Positions 18,527 to 27,196 of a stretch of DNA of 64,000 nt are shown in pieces (position 1 is the first letter of the stretch; every line of letters begins with the position of its first letter). A program made the translations under genes and the position numbers. Below the pieces are notes generated by a model. The model was not told where the DNA came from, did not search any database, and saw nothing but the letters and a program-made list of their open reading frames with translations. Source of the stretch: Candidatus Omnitrophota bacterium (GTDB lineage Bacteria > Omnitrophota > Gorgyraeia > Zapsychrales > Fredricksoniimonadaceae); assembly GCA_044225175.1 (NCBI GenBank), contig JBGAJA010000004.1, positions 81,631 through 145,630 on the forward strand. Direction: 5' to 3'.

Positions 18527-20640
18527 TTTTTTCTATATGGTGCCAAAGACTTCAGGTATTCAACTGGTGGATTATAGCCTAAAAGCTGGGCTTCTTCCAG
18601 ATAATGAATAGCGCCGGCAAAGTCTCTAGATTTAAAAGAAAGTATCGATAAATTTACAAATGCGCTTTGATGGTTTTTGTTGATGCCAACTGTTTTCAAA
18701 TAAGAAGCCATAGCCTCTGCGTCTTGTCCTAGCTGAGCATATACATTTCCCATATTGTAGTAAGCTTCTGCCTGCTGAGAATCTTTTTCTAAAGATTTTT
18801 CGTAATAATTTAAAGCTTCTTTCAACTCTCCTGCCGACTCAGATAGGTACCCCAAATAAAAATAAGGTTTGGCATCCCTAGGGTCTAAATTTATTGCTTT
18901 TTGATAAAACATTCTTGAGCGATCAAGATCAGAAAGCGCATTGTAAATAATCCCAAGGTTTAAATAACCTTGAGCATGCTTTGGATAAAAGTGCAGCAAT
19001 TGTTGGTAAACCATAAGAGCACTCTTTAAATCCCCCATTTGTTGGTAACGATTGCCCAGATTTAATAATGCCTTCTCATAACGAGGATTTAACTCCAAAG
19101 ACTTCTTATAAAAACGAATCGCTTCTTCAAAACCACCAACCTGCTCATACAAGAAACCCAAATTTAAATAGTCTGCCGCTGTGTATTTCTTTCTTTTCGA
19201 TATCTCTTCAAAATTTGAAAGAACTTCTTCTCTTTGCTCCTGATACAGTTTTTCTTGAGGATTCTTTTCAATACCATCGGAATAGGCTTTAATAATACGC
19301 GAATAAATCTCTTCATCTTCAGGATTGAATTTTAAAAGACGATTAAAATGATCTATCGCACTTCGAGGGTTATTCATCTTTTGAGATAGCACTCCCAAAC
19401 TAAAAAGAACATCTTTCGCCTTTGGATCTATCTCCAAAGCTTTGTTATATATCAACAGCGCTTCATTATTCTTTTCAATGTCCTCATAAACCTTTCCCAA
19501 ATGAAGATAGGAATCCATATAAGTACCATCTTTGCCAATAGCTTGTTTATAAAGGTCAATGACTTCCTCCATCTTCCTAAACTTCGACTTATCAATCGAG
19601 ATCTTATTCTCAGCAGCTCCTTGCGAAACCAATTCCACATATGCACGATAATCATTTTGCGACTGTTGGTATTCTGGAGTTTTCTCAATAGCTTCAGCCA
19701 AATAATTAAAAATAACTGGCCGGGGATTAAGTTTTAGCTGATGTTTCCACAAACTTACAGTATCTAACCAAACAAAACACTGGTAATAGGTTAAAATGGA
19801 CAAGCCCATCAAGAGCGTAGCTAAAGCAGCCATAAAGATCTGACCCAAGATTGCTTCCTGAGTCTTTAAAAACCGATACAAACGCCCTATCCAAAAAGCA
19901 GTGAATAAAGATACCATCACTAATGGTAAATAGAACAAATGATCTCTAAATAAGAAAGGTGGTGAAAGAAATATTGCTTTATTGTTAATGATTGCAAAAA
20001 CAAATGCAATCAGAAGAAATGGCCAGTATTTTATAAGATTGATTTGTTTTTTCTTTATCCAATCCATACAAATAATTGCCAATGGCAGACTAATCGCATG
20101 AGCTGAAGAAAGCATACTTAACAAGGCAAAAACTAAGCTTAATCTGAAGTTATCATTACGGTAATAAAGGATGGATAATAAATAAAACAAAACATACAGA
20201 AGCTCTTTTCTTTGCGATAGCCATCCTACCACCTCGACTTGTAAAGGATTTAACGCAAAAATTAAAGCTCCTCCAAATGCTTCAAAAAGACTCAGCTCAA
20301 AACTTATGGCCAATAAAAAAACTAAAATCACCACAGCGATATGCAGCAAAACATTGTCCAAATGAAACAGTAATGGGTTGAACCCCGCAATAAGACGCTC
20401 CAAAGAATAAGATAAAATGGGTATGGGAATATATTGATGATCGAATGAACGAGTTAGTATCGCCTTAATGTGCGCTCCATCAAAATTCTGCACATTGACA
20501 TTCTTAGTAATTAAAAGATCATCTTTATAGGAAAGAAAATGCGCTTTTAGAAGAGGACTGTAGCTTAAGAAAGTACACACAATTAATAATAAAATTAAGA
20601 GTGTTCTCCTTGAGGAAAATAACCGCGAGAATAAAGACAT
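18523..20640 (-). CDS. TMTC-like protein: N-terminal polytopic GT-C (PMT_2/DUF1736-like) domain fused to C-terminal TPR repeats
   Basis: 705 aa. The first ~300 aa contain ~9 TM helices, with YKDDLLITKN after TM1 and a ...LNPLQVEVVGWLSQRKELL motif resembling the DD and hP.h.E.V motifs of TMTC/PMT-like O-mannosyltransferases. The remaining ~400 aa are at least 9 TPR repeats. Confidence 0.55.
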   Translation of the reverse strand: MSLFSRLFSSRRTLLILLLIVCTFLSYSPLLKAHFLSYKDDLLITKNVNVQNFDGAHIKAILTRSFDHQYIPIPILSYSLERLIAGFNPLLFHLDNVLLHIAVVILVFLLAISFELSLFEAFGGALIFALNPLQVEVVGWLSQRKELLYVLFYLLSILYYRNDNFRLSLVFALLSMLSSAHAISLPLAIICMDWIKKKQINLIKYWPFLLIAFVFAIINNKAIFLSPPFLFRDHLFYLPLVMVSLFTAFWIGRLYRFLKTQEAILGQIFMAALATLLMGLSILTYYQCFVWLDTVSLWKHQLKLNPRPVIFNYLAEAIEKTPEYQQSQNDYRAYVELVSQGAAENKISIDKSKFRKMEEVIDLYKQAIGKDGTYMDSYLHLGKVYEDIEKNNEALLIYNKALEIDPKAKDVLFSLGVLSQKMNNPRSAIDHFNRLLKFNPEDEEIYSRIIKAYSDGIEKNPQEKLYQEQREEVLSNFEEISKRKKYTAADYLNLGFLYEQVGGFEEAIRFYKKSLELNPRYEKALLNLGNRYQQMGDLKSALMVYQQLLHFYPKHAQGYLNLGIIYNALSDLDRSRMFYQKAINLDPRDAKPYFYLGYLSESAGELKEALNYYEKSLEKDSQQAEAYYNMGNVYAQLGQDAEAMASYLKTVGINKNHQSAFVNLSILSFKSRDFAGAIHYLEEAQLLGYNPPVEYLKSLAPYRKK

Positions 20641-20643
20641 GGA

Positions 20644-21165
20644 TTAGTATTGAATGATTGAATAAATCGGCAAATCGACAAGACGCTCTTTACCTTTAAG
20701 AAATTGCAATTCAACGACAAAGGCAACGCCCACAATCTTGGCTTTTTGAGCTTTAATTAAATCAACGACGGCTTTAACAGTCCCTCCGGTTGCCAAAAGA
20801 TCATCAACGATAAGAACACGTGAATGAACTTTAAGAGCATCCTCATGGATCTCTAAAGTATCTGATCCGTACTCGAGCTGGTAAGTAACGCTTTTAGTTT
20901 TATAAGGTAATTTTCCTTTTTTTCTAACAGGAATAAAACCTGCTCCAAGCTTGTAAGCCAAGGCAGACCCAAAAATAAATCCACGAGCTTCCACCCCAAC
21001 GACATATTCAACACGTTCGCCCTTAAACTTCTTAGCTAACGTATCGATGGATTGCTTAAACGCATCTTTATTTTTAAGTAGTGTTGATATATCTTTAAAA
21101 ACGATTCCCTCTTGCGGAAAATTAGGGATATCTCGGATATGTTTCTTCAGATCAAGAGTTTTCAT
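20644..21165 (-). CDS. apt: Adenine phosphoribosyltransferase
   Basis: 173 aa with the PRPP-binding motif VLIVDDLLATGGT. Confidence 0.9.
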   Translation of the reverse strand: MKTLDLKKHIRDIPNFPQEGIVFKDISTLLKNKDAFKQSIDTLAKKFKGERVEYVVGVEARGFIFGSALAYKLGAGFIPVRKKGKLPYKTKSVTYQLEYGSDTLEIHEDALKVHSRVLIVDDLLATGGTVKAVVDLIKAQKAKIVGVAFVVELQFLKGKERLVDLPIYSIIQY

Positions 21166-21171
21166 AACTTA

Positions 21172-22020
21172 TTAAACTTTTGCCATGGATTGGGCGCGGA
21201 CTAATTTTGCAGATAACATTTCTTTAAAAGGCAGTTTTGCTTTGCCATGACTAATTAAATACAAAGCTTCAAGGCCTAAGCGTCCCATCTCAACTAAAGG
21301 CTGTGTAACTGTAGCTAGAGGAACAGAACTTGTGGCCCTCAAAGGATTATCATCAAATCCACACAGAGACAGATCATTAGGGATACGGATTTTTTTGGTT
21401 TTTGCAACATCCACGACTTCCAAAGCCATAACATCAGAGGCCGCAAAAATAGCTGTCGGACGATTCTTTAACTTCATCAAATCAATCGCAGCCTGACGGG
21501 CTGGGGTTCTTAAAAATCCACCAATCTTAACAAAGCTTTTATCTACTGCAATGTGATGCTTCTTAAGCGCATCGTAATATCCAGCTAAACGAGACTCTCC
21601 TGCTTGAGTAGATAGGTCTCCTGCAATGGTGGCAATTCTCTCATGTCCAAGATTAATAAACTCTTCAGTAACCTTAAAAGCAGCCTCATAGTTATTCACA
21701 TGAATACAATTGATAGGTTCATCAATTTTGTTATTTAACACCAATGAAGGCATGCCTCGCATGATGGCCTTTTTAACTATCTCAAGATCATTATCAATGT
21801 CAGCAAAAAGGATCCCATCAACATTTTTACGATCGAGAAGAGTTGGATCTAACCAAGATTTATGATCGGACCTGTCTGTAATGTGGACTAAGAAGTCTAC
21901 ATTCAAACGACTTGCTGCTAAATTAACGCCTTTGGTGATTTCGCCAGTATAATAGGAATGAAAAATGTCTTCAAAACGAGGTAGAATCAAAACAAAAATA
22001 TGCTTACGTTTGACAGCCAT
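21172..22020 (-). CDS. LacI-type periplasmic-binding-fold (sugar-binding) domain protein without an HTH
   Basis: 282 aa. Similar to the ligand-binding domain of LacI/RbsR regulators and lacks the N-terminal DNA-binding helix. Confidence 0.5.
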   Translation of the reverse strand: MAVKRKHIFVLILPRFEDIFHSYYTGEITKGVNLAASRLNVDFLVHITDRSDHKSWLDPTLLDRKNVDGILFADIDNDLEIVKKAIMRGMPSLVLNNKIDEPINCIHVNNYEAAFKVTEEFINLGHERIATIAGDLSTQAGESRLAGYYDALKKHHIAVDKSFVKIGGFLRTPARQAAIDLMKLKNRPTAIFAASDVMALEVVDVAKTKKIRIPNDLSLCGFDDNPLRATSSVPLATVTQPLVEMGRLGLEALYLISHGKAKLPFKEMLSAKLVRAQSMAKV

Positions 22021-22026
22021 AGGTAC

Positions 22027-22869
22027 TTATTGATCCTCTTTCTCTTTTAAAATTTTCTTTAATTTTTGTATGGTGAGATCTTCGATTTGACGTACTCTTT
22101 CGCGGGATAGATTAAGCTTACGAGCAATTTTAGCTAAGGTATAGTTTTCTCCATCCGTTAACCCATAACGCATTTCAATAATCGTACGTTCTCTAGGCTC
22201 AAGGTCATTTAATAAAGCGCGCGCGCGTTCTTGATTAAAAAACATTTCTAATTGCTCATCAGGGGCAATTAAGCTTTCATCTTCCACAATATCTTTGAAT
22301 TGACCTTCGCTATCATTTCCAATTGGAGCATCAAGGCTCGACATTTTAGCGATAGCTCCATCAAGTTCTTTCACTCGATCGATCGTAACCTTCATTTTCT
22401 TGGCAATTTCAGCAACTGTTGGTTTACGATGCATTTGCTGATGAAGTTTTTCATAGACTTTACGATACTTTAGGATTTCTTCGTTCAAATAGACAGGAAC
22501 ACGGATCATCTTTCCTTGATCAATGATCGCACGAGAAATAGCTTGCTTAATCCACCAAGCCGCATATGTAGAGAAACGAAATCCACGCTCAGGATCGAAT
22601 TTATCGACCCCTCTCATAAGACCTATATTACCTTCTTCAATTAAATCACTGAGTGCAATTCCAAGATTGATATAGCGCTTGGCTATCGAAATGACCAGAC
22701 GCAGATTAGAGCGGATCATTTTTTCGCGAGCAGCTTTATCCCCTTTTAAATAACGGCGGGCTAAATCAACTTCTTCTTCAGGTTTAAGAAGAGGTATATT
22801 CTTGATGTCTTTGAGATATGCTTTAACTGGATCCATGTAGGGCTTGATTATGCCATGCTCAAAGAGCAT
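22027..22869 (-). CDS. RNA polymerase sigma factor, sigma-70 family (regions 2-4 only)
   Basis: Region 2 (NLRLVISIAKRY...FSTYAAWWIKQAI) and region 4 (LSRERVRQIE) motifs. The start was moved from the TTG at 22875 to an ATG. Confidence 0.8.
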   Translation of the reverse strand: MLFEHGIIKPYMDPVKAYLKDIKNIPLLKPEEEVDLARRYLKGDKAAREKMIRSNLRLVISIAKRYINLGIALSDLIEEGNIGLMRGVDKFDPERGFRFSTYAAWWIKQAISRAIIDQGKMIRVPVYLNEEILKYRKVYEKLHQQMHRKPTVAEIAKKMKVTIDRVKELDGAIAKMSSLDAPIGNDSEGQFKDIVEDESLIAPDEQLEMFFNQERARALLNDLEPRERTIIEMRYGLTDGENYTLAKIARKLNLSRERVRQIEDLTIQKLKKILKEKEDQ

Positions 22870-22892
22870 GCGCAACCTTAAATTATTATTTT

Positions 22893-22949
22893 GTAGGGGC
22901 AGGTTCTAAACCTGCCCCTTATAAGGGTGGGTTTGGAACCCACCCCTAC
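22893..22949. repeat. Intergenic palindromic element GTAGGGG...CCCCTAC with two inner hairpins
   Basis: gtagggg-caggttctaaacctg-cccctt / aagggtgggtttggaacccacccctac. Same termini as the in-frame elements. Lies between the ppdK stop and the sigma-factor start. Confidence 0.6.
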
Positions 22950-22954
22950 GATAA

Positions 22955-25744
22955 TTATTTTCGTTTTGCTGTCTTTTTGCCGGCAGAAGCTTTCTTTTCA
23001 GCTAATGCGCCTTGAGCTGCTGCTAAACGAGCAATAGGAACACGATAAGGTGAGCAAGAAACATAATTCATTCCAGCTCTGTGGCAGAACTTAACGCTTT
23101 CTGCTTCTCCACCATGTTCACCACAAATACCAACTTTTAAGTCTTTCTTCACAGAACGACCACGTTCAATACCCCATTTGACTAAAAGACCAACACCCTC
23201 TTGGTCAAGAGATTGGAAAGGATCATCTCTAAAGATTCCTTTACCACCTTCTTTTTCATTAGCAACATATGTAGGTAAGAAACGACCAGCGTCGTCACGA
23301 GATAGACCTAATGTCATCTGCGTTAAATCGTTAGTTCCGAAACTAAAGAACTCAGCCACTTCAGCGATTTGATCTGCAAGTAATGCTGCTCTTGGAATTT
23401 CAATCATTGTTCCAACGAGATAAGGCAATGTGACTTTAGCTTGTTTGATTAAATGATCGGCAGTTTTACGAGTCTCTTGTTCCAGAATCTTAAACTCTTT
23501 CTTATCCATAGTTAAAGGAATCATAATTTCAGGCAAAACTTTGACTCCCTCTTTGCGACACTTGATCGCAGCAGCAATGATTGCCGTGACTTGCATTTCA
23601 AGAATCTCAGGATAAGTAATACATAAACGGCAACCTCTGTGGCCCAACATAGGGTTGGATTCATGAAGTTGTTCGCAGCGATGTTTGATTTTATCAGTTG
23701 ATAAGCCGGTAATTTTGCTTAATTTTTCAATACCAGCGTGATCTTTTGGTGTGAATTCGTGCAATGGCGGATCGATCAAACGGATGGTTACAGGAAATCC
23801 GTTCATTGCTTTAAAAATTCCATAGAAGTCATTGGTTTGGAAAGGTAGCAATTTCGCCAATGCTGTTTTACGTGTTTCCAATGTTTCAGCAACGATCATT
23901 TCTTGGATAGCTAAACGACGTTCTTCTGTATCAAAGAACATATGTTCTGTACGGCAAAGCCCAATACCTTCAGCACCCATTTTGATAGCATTTTCAGCAT
24001 CATATGGTGTGTCTGCATTGGTACGCACTTTGATTGTACGCATGGTATCAGCCCATTTAAGGATTGTGTAATATGCTTCTGGAAGGCTAGGATCTTTAAG
24101 CGGCAAATCACCAGAATAAATTTCACCAGCAGAACCATCAAGGGTAATAAATTCACCTTGCTTGATTGTCTTACCATTAACAGTCATAGATTTTGTTTCA
24201 TAATTGATATTTAACGCTTCACATCCAACGATACAGCATTTACCCCAACCGCGAGCAACGACTGCTGCGTGTGAAGTCTTACCGCCGGTGGCTGTTAAGA
24301 TACCTTTAGCAGCATGCATACCGCCTACGTCTTCAGGAGATGTTTCCTTACGGACTAAAATGACCTTCTCTCCCTTAGCTCCCAATTTTTCAGCTTCGGC
24401 AGCGGTAAAGACAACCTTACCTGCAGCAGAACCAGGAACAGCATTGATACCACCACCTAAGCGAATCTTCTTTAATTGATCCACTGAGGTTTTAGTTGTA
24501 TCGATGACAGGATAGAATAAACGTTCGATATCATCAGATGAGATACGATTGACTGCTTGTTCTTTAGTAATAACTGGCTTAATGGCCAATTCAGCGAATT
24601 TCTTAGGTAAATAACCCTTCTTAACCAAGTCATTAGCTTGAGCTTTAGTTAATAAAGGTTTTGTGGCGTGATCCAAAGCGATTTGGAAAGCACCAGCTGG
24701 AGATCTCTTACCTGTACGGCATTGAAGCATATATAACTTTTCATCTTCAACGGTAAATTCAAGATCTTGCATTTCCTTATAATAGGATTCAAGGATGGCA
24801 CGAACAGCACATAATTGATCATATGCCTTTGGCATGGTGTCTTGAAGTGTTTGTAATTTAAGGGGGGTACGGATACCAGCTACAACGTCTTCCCCTTGGG
24901 CATTGATTAAATAATCACCGTAGAAGATGTTTTCGCCTGTGTTTGGATCGCGGGTAAAGCAAACGCCTGTTCCAGAGTTGTCACCCTTGTTACCATAAAC
25001 CATCTGAACAACGTTGACAGCAGTACCTTTAAGATCGGTAATCTTTTCAACACGACGATAGGTTTGTGCTTTTTCAGCTTCCCAGCTTGAGAAAACAGCC
25101 ATGATAGCACCCCATAATTGCTTATAAGGATCTTGTGGGAAATCTTCGCCCTTGTTCATTTTATAAAAAGCTTTAAATTGATCACATAATTCCTTAAGTT
25201 TTTCAGCAGGAATTTCTGGATCATTCTTAACACCAATTTCATGCTTCATTTCATGAAGCATATCTTCCATTGGTTGCTTGGATAATCCCATAGCTGTGGA
25301 AGAAAACATTTGGATAAAACGTCTGTATGAATCATACGCAAATCTGGGGTTTCCAGTTTTCTTCGCTAAACCTTCAACGCTTTTATCATTTAACCCTAAG
25401 TTCAAAATTGTCTCTAACATACCAGGCATGGAACGAGCTGCACCAGATCTGACAGACACAAGCAATGGATCATTGTTATCGCCTAATTTCTTACCCGTGA
25501 CTTTTTCAAGTTTAGTAACAGCTTCACGAACTTCTTTTTCTAAACCAGCAGGAAGTTTCTTGCCTAATTTATAATACTCTTCGCAAGTTTGAATAGAGAC
25601 GGTAAAACCAGCAGGAACTGGGATGCCTATGGTGGTCATTTCCATAAGACCAATACCCTTTCCTCCTAATACATTCTTTGTTAGATCTTCGCCTTTGGCT
25701 TCTGCTTTACCAGCGCCGTAGGAAAACACATGCTTTTTAGCCAT
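22955..25744 (-). CDS. ppdK: Pyruvate, phosphate dikinase
   Basis: 929 aa with an ATP-grasp N-domain, the phospho-His motif (GGKTSHAAVVARGWGKCCIVG) and a PEP-utilising C-domain. Confidence 0.95.
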   Translation of the reverse strand: MAKKHVFSYGAGKAEAKGEDLTKNVLGGKGIGLMEMTTIGIPVPAGFTVSIQTCEEYYKLGKKLPAGLEKEVREAVTKLEKVTGKKLGDNNDPLLVSVRSGAARSMPGMLETILNLGLNDKSVEGLAKKTGNPRFAYDSYRRFIQMFSSTAMGLSKQPMEDMLHEMKHEIGVKNDPEIPAEKLKELCDQFKAFYKMNKGEDFPQDPYKQLWGAIMAVFSSWEAEKAQTYRRVEKITDLKGTAVNVVQMVYGNKGDNSGTGVCFTRDPNTGENIFYGDYLINAQGEDVVAGIRTPLKLQTLQDTMPKAYDQLCAVRAILESYYKEMQDLEFTVEDEKLYMLQCRTGKRSPAGAFQIALDHATKPLLTKAQANDLVKKGYLPKKFAELAIKPVITKEQAVNRISSDDIERLFYPVIDTTKTSVDQLKKIRLGGGINAVPGSAAGKVVFTAAEAEKLGAKGEKVILVRKETSPEDVGGMHAAKGILTATGGKTSHAAVVARGWGKCCIVGCEALNINYETKSMTVNGKTIKQGEFITLDGSAGEIYSGDLPLKDPSLPEAYYTILKWADTMRTIKVRTNADTPYDAENAIKMGAEGIGLCRTEHMFFDTEERRLAIQEMIVAETLETRKTALAKLLPFQTNDFYGIFKAMNGFPVTIRLIDPPLHEFTPKDHAGIEKLSKITGLSTDKIKHRCEQLHESNPMLGHRGCRLCITYPEILEMQVTAIIAAAIKCRKEGVKVLPEIMIPLTMDKKEFKILEQETRKTADHLIKQAKVTLPYLVGTMIEIPRAALLADQIAEVAEFFSFGTNDLTQMTLGLSRDDAGRFLPTYVANEKEGGKGIFRDDPFQSLDQEGVGLLVKWGIERGRSVKKDLKVGICGEHGGEAESVKFCHRAGMNYVSCSPYRVPIARLAAAQGALAEKKASAGKKTAKRK

Positions 25745-25769
25745 CTTAAACTCTCCTTATTTTGTATTT

Positions 25770-25797
25770 GTACGGGCGGGGTCACCCCGCCCCTACG
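25770..25797. terminator. GC hairpin gggcggggt-c-accccgccc flanked by gtac/ctacg; putative terminator of glyQS
   Basis: Perfect 9-bp arms located immediately after the glyQS stop. The termini resemble the TAGGGG/CCCCTA element family. Confidence 0.5.
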
Positions 25798-27111
25798 TTA
25801 AACCAGATTCTTTAAAATATACTCACGTAGGCCAGCTACAGGAATGCGTTCTTGTTTCATGGTATCTCTGTGACGAACTGTGACTTGATTATCTTCTAAC
25901 GATTGGACGTCCACGGTCACGCAGAAAAATGTTCCTACTTCATCTTGACGGCGGTAAAGTTTCCCTATCGCAGCGGAGTCATCGTACACACAAACAATAT
26001 CTTTTTGAAGTTCATTTTTTAATTTTTTTGCTAAAGCGACAATTCCTTCGTTCTTTTTCAAGAGTGGAAGAACAGCAACTTTGATTGGACAAAGTTTTGG
26101 ATGAAATTTCATAACCACACGGGTGGCTTCATTAACAACTTCTTCATGATACGCATCAACTAAGAATGCCAAAGTTCCTCTGTCACATCCACCAGAAGGC
26201 TCAATAACATAAGGATAAAACTCTTCGTTGGTCACAGGATCTTTGTATTGCAAATTAGCTCCTGAAAATTGAGCATGCTGTTTCAAATCATAATCGCCAC
26301 GATTAGCAATTCCCTCAAGTTCAGACCAGCCAAAGGGGAACTTGTACTCTACGTCGGTACATCCAGCAGCATAATGAGCCAATTCATCCTTACCATGTTC
26401 TCTTAATTGTAAATTCTCTTTCTTGATACCTAAATCTGAATACCATTGGAATCGAGCTTGAATCCATTCTTGATACTTCCCTGCAGCTTGTTCTGGACGA
26501 CAGAAGTATTCAATTTCCATTTGTTCAAATTCACGGGTACGAAATGTAAAGTTTCCTGGAGTGATTTCATTACGAAATGATTTACCGATTTGAGCAATAC
26601 CAAAAGGCAATTTACGATGAGTTGCATCCACTACGTTTGGAAAATTCACAAAGATGCCTTGCGCTGTTTCAGGACGCAAGTAAGTGACCGAAGAAGAGTC
26701 TTCCATGGCACCTAAAGACGTTTTAAGCATTAAATTGAACGCACGAGGATCTGAAAAAGTATTGTTACCGCACTGAGGACACTTATTATTCTTGATATGA
26801 TCTGGACGAAGGCGTTTGTTACATTTTTTACATTCAACAAGTTGGTCCACGAAATTAGCTACGTGACCGGAGGCCTCCCATGTTTTTGGATGCATGAGGA
26901 TAGAGCAATCTAACCCAACCACATCTTCACGGAAATGAACAACAGCCTGCCACCAGGCATTTTTGACATTGCGTTTAAGCTCAGCACCCAAAGGACCATA
27001 GTCCCAGGCCCCACCTAAACCACCATATATTTCGGAAGATTGGAAAATAAAGCCGCGTCTTTTGCAGAGGGCCACTACCTTTTCCATTAAATCGGGATTG
27101 CTCATGTACAA
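25798..27111 (-). CDS. glyQS: Glycyl-tRNA synthetase, alpha2 (class II homodimeric) type
   Basis: 437 aa with an N-terminus (SSEIYGGLGGAWDYGPLG) and motifs typical of alpha2-type GlyRS. Confidence 0.9.
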   Translation of the reverse strand: MYMSNPDLMEKVVALCKRRGFIFQSSEIYGGLGGAWDYGPLGAELKRNVKNAWWQAVVHFREDVVGLDCSILMHPKTWEASGHVANFVDQLVECKKCNKRLRPDHIKNNKCPQCGNNTFSDPRAFNLMLKTSLGAMEDSSSVTYLRPETAQGIFVNFPNVVDATHRKLPFGIAQIGKSFRNEITPGNFTFRTREFEQMEIEYFCRPEQAAGKYQEWIQARFQWYSDLGIKKENLQLREHGKDELAHYAAGCTDVEYKFPFGWSELEGIANRGDYDLKQHAQFSGANLQYKDPVTNEEFYPYVIEPSGGCDRGTLAFLVDAYHEEVVNEATRVVMKFHPKLCPIKVAVLPLLKKNEGIVALAKKLKNELQKDIVCVYDDSAAIGKLYRRQDEVGTFFCVTVDVQSLEDNQVTVRHRDTMKQERIPVAGLREYILKNLV

Positions 27112-27196
27112 CGTTCTTTCTATTGATTGTCAAACAGAAGGCGGTATTTTAGCAAAAGAAAAACAAAAAGCAATACTTGATTAAAATTCGACACAT

